The translations under genes were made by a program, and so were the position numbers. From contig OX597815.1 in NCBI GenBank assembly GCA_951406725.2, positions 56,172,001 through 56,236,000 of the forward strand: 64,000 nt of DNA. Reading direction: 5' to 3'. The stretch comes from Octopus vulgaris (taxonomy: Eukaryota). The notes below the pieces were generated by a model. The model saw only the letters and a list, made by a program, of their open reading frames with translations. It did not search any database and was not told where the DNA came from. Shown piece after piece: positions 63,852-64,000 of the stretch (positions within the stretch are counted from its first letter, which is position 1; the number at the start of each line of letters is the position of its first letter).

Positions 63852-64000
63852 AGTTAACAAGAATTGTATTGGCATTTATACATTTAGGCAGGTTTAAAGG
63901 GGTGTTGGTGGGGGACTTTTTGGGGGGTAGGCATAGCGCAAAATATCATACTTGGGGAAGTGGTCAAGGAGTCAGTGTTAAATTAGATAGAAGAATAAAT

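Overview
This is an AT-rich eukaryotic window made almost entirely of transposable elements and microsatellites. The SINE families and repeat landscape suggest a cephalopod (octopus-like) genome, which is an inference. No host protein-coding gene could be supported. Identified elements: a near-intact 5'-truncated CR1/L2-group LINE, a decayed R4/Dong-like LINE, at least six Ty3/Gypsy-type LTR elements (several nested, with target-site duplications), two Tc1 transposons, a Tigger/pogo remnant, hAT and Merlin-type MITEs, a Merlin transposase remnant, Penelope GIY-YIG fragments, several hammerhead-ribozyme-like motifs, three or four SINE families and a tRNA-Glu pseudogene. The standout is a compact GC-rich LTR retrotransposon (45982-50005, minus strand). 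Its primer-binding site is not complementary to a tRNA 3' CCA end but matches nucleotides 1-12 of animal tRNA-Phe(GAA) exactly, suggesting priming by a very short 5' tRNA fragment. The same element carries a G GGA AAC slippery site followed by a pseudoknot. All alignments and folds were done by eye and need computational confirmation.
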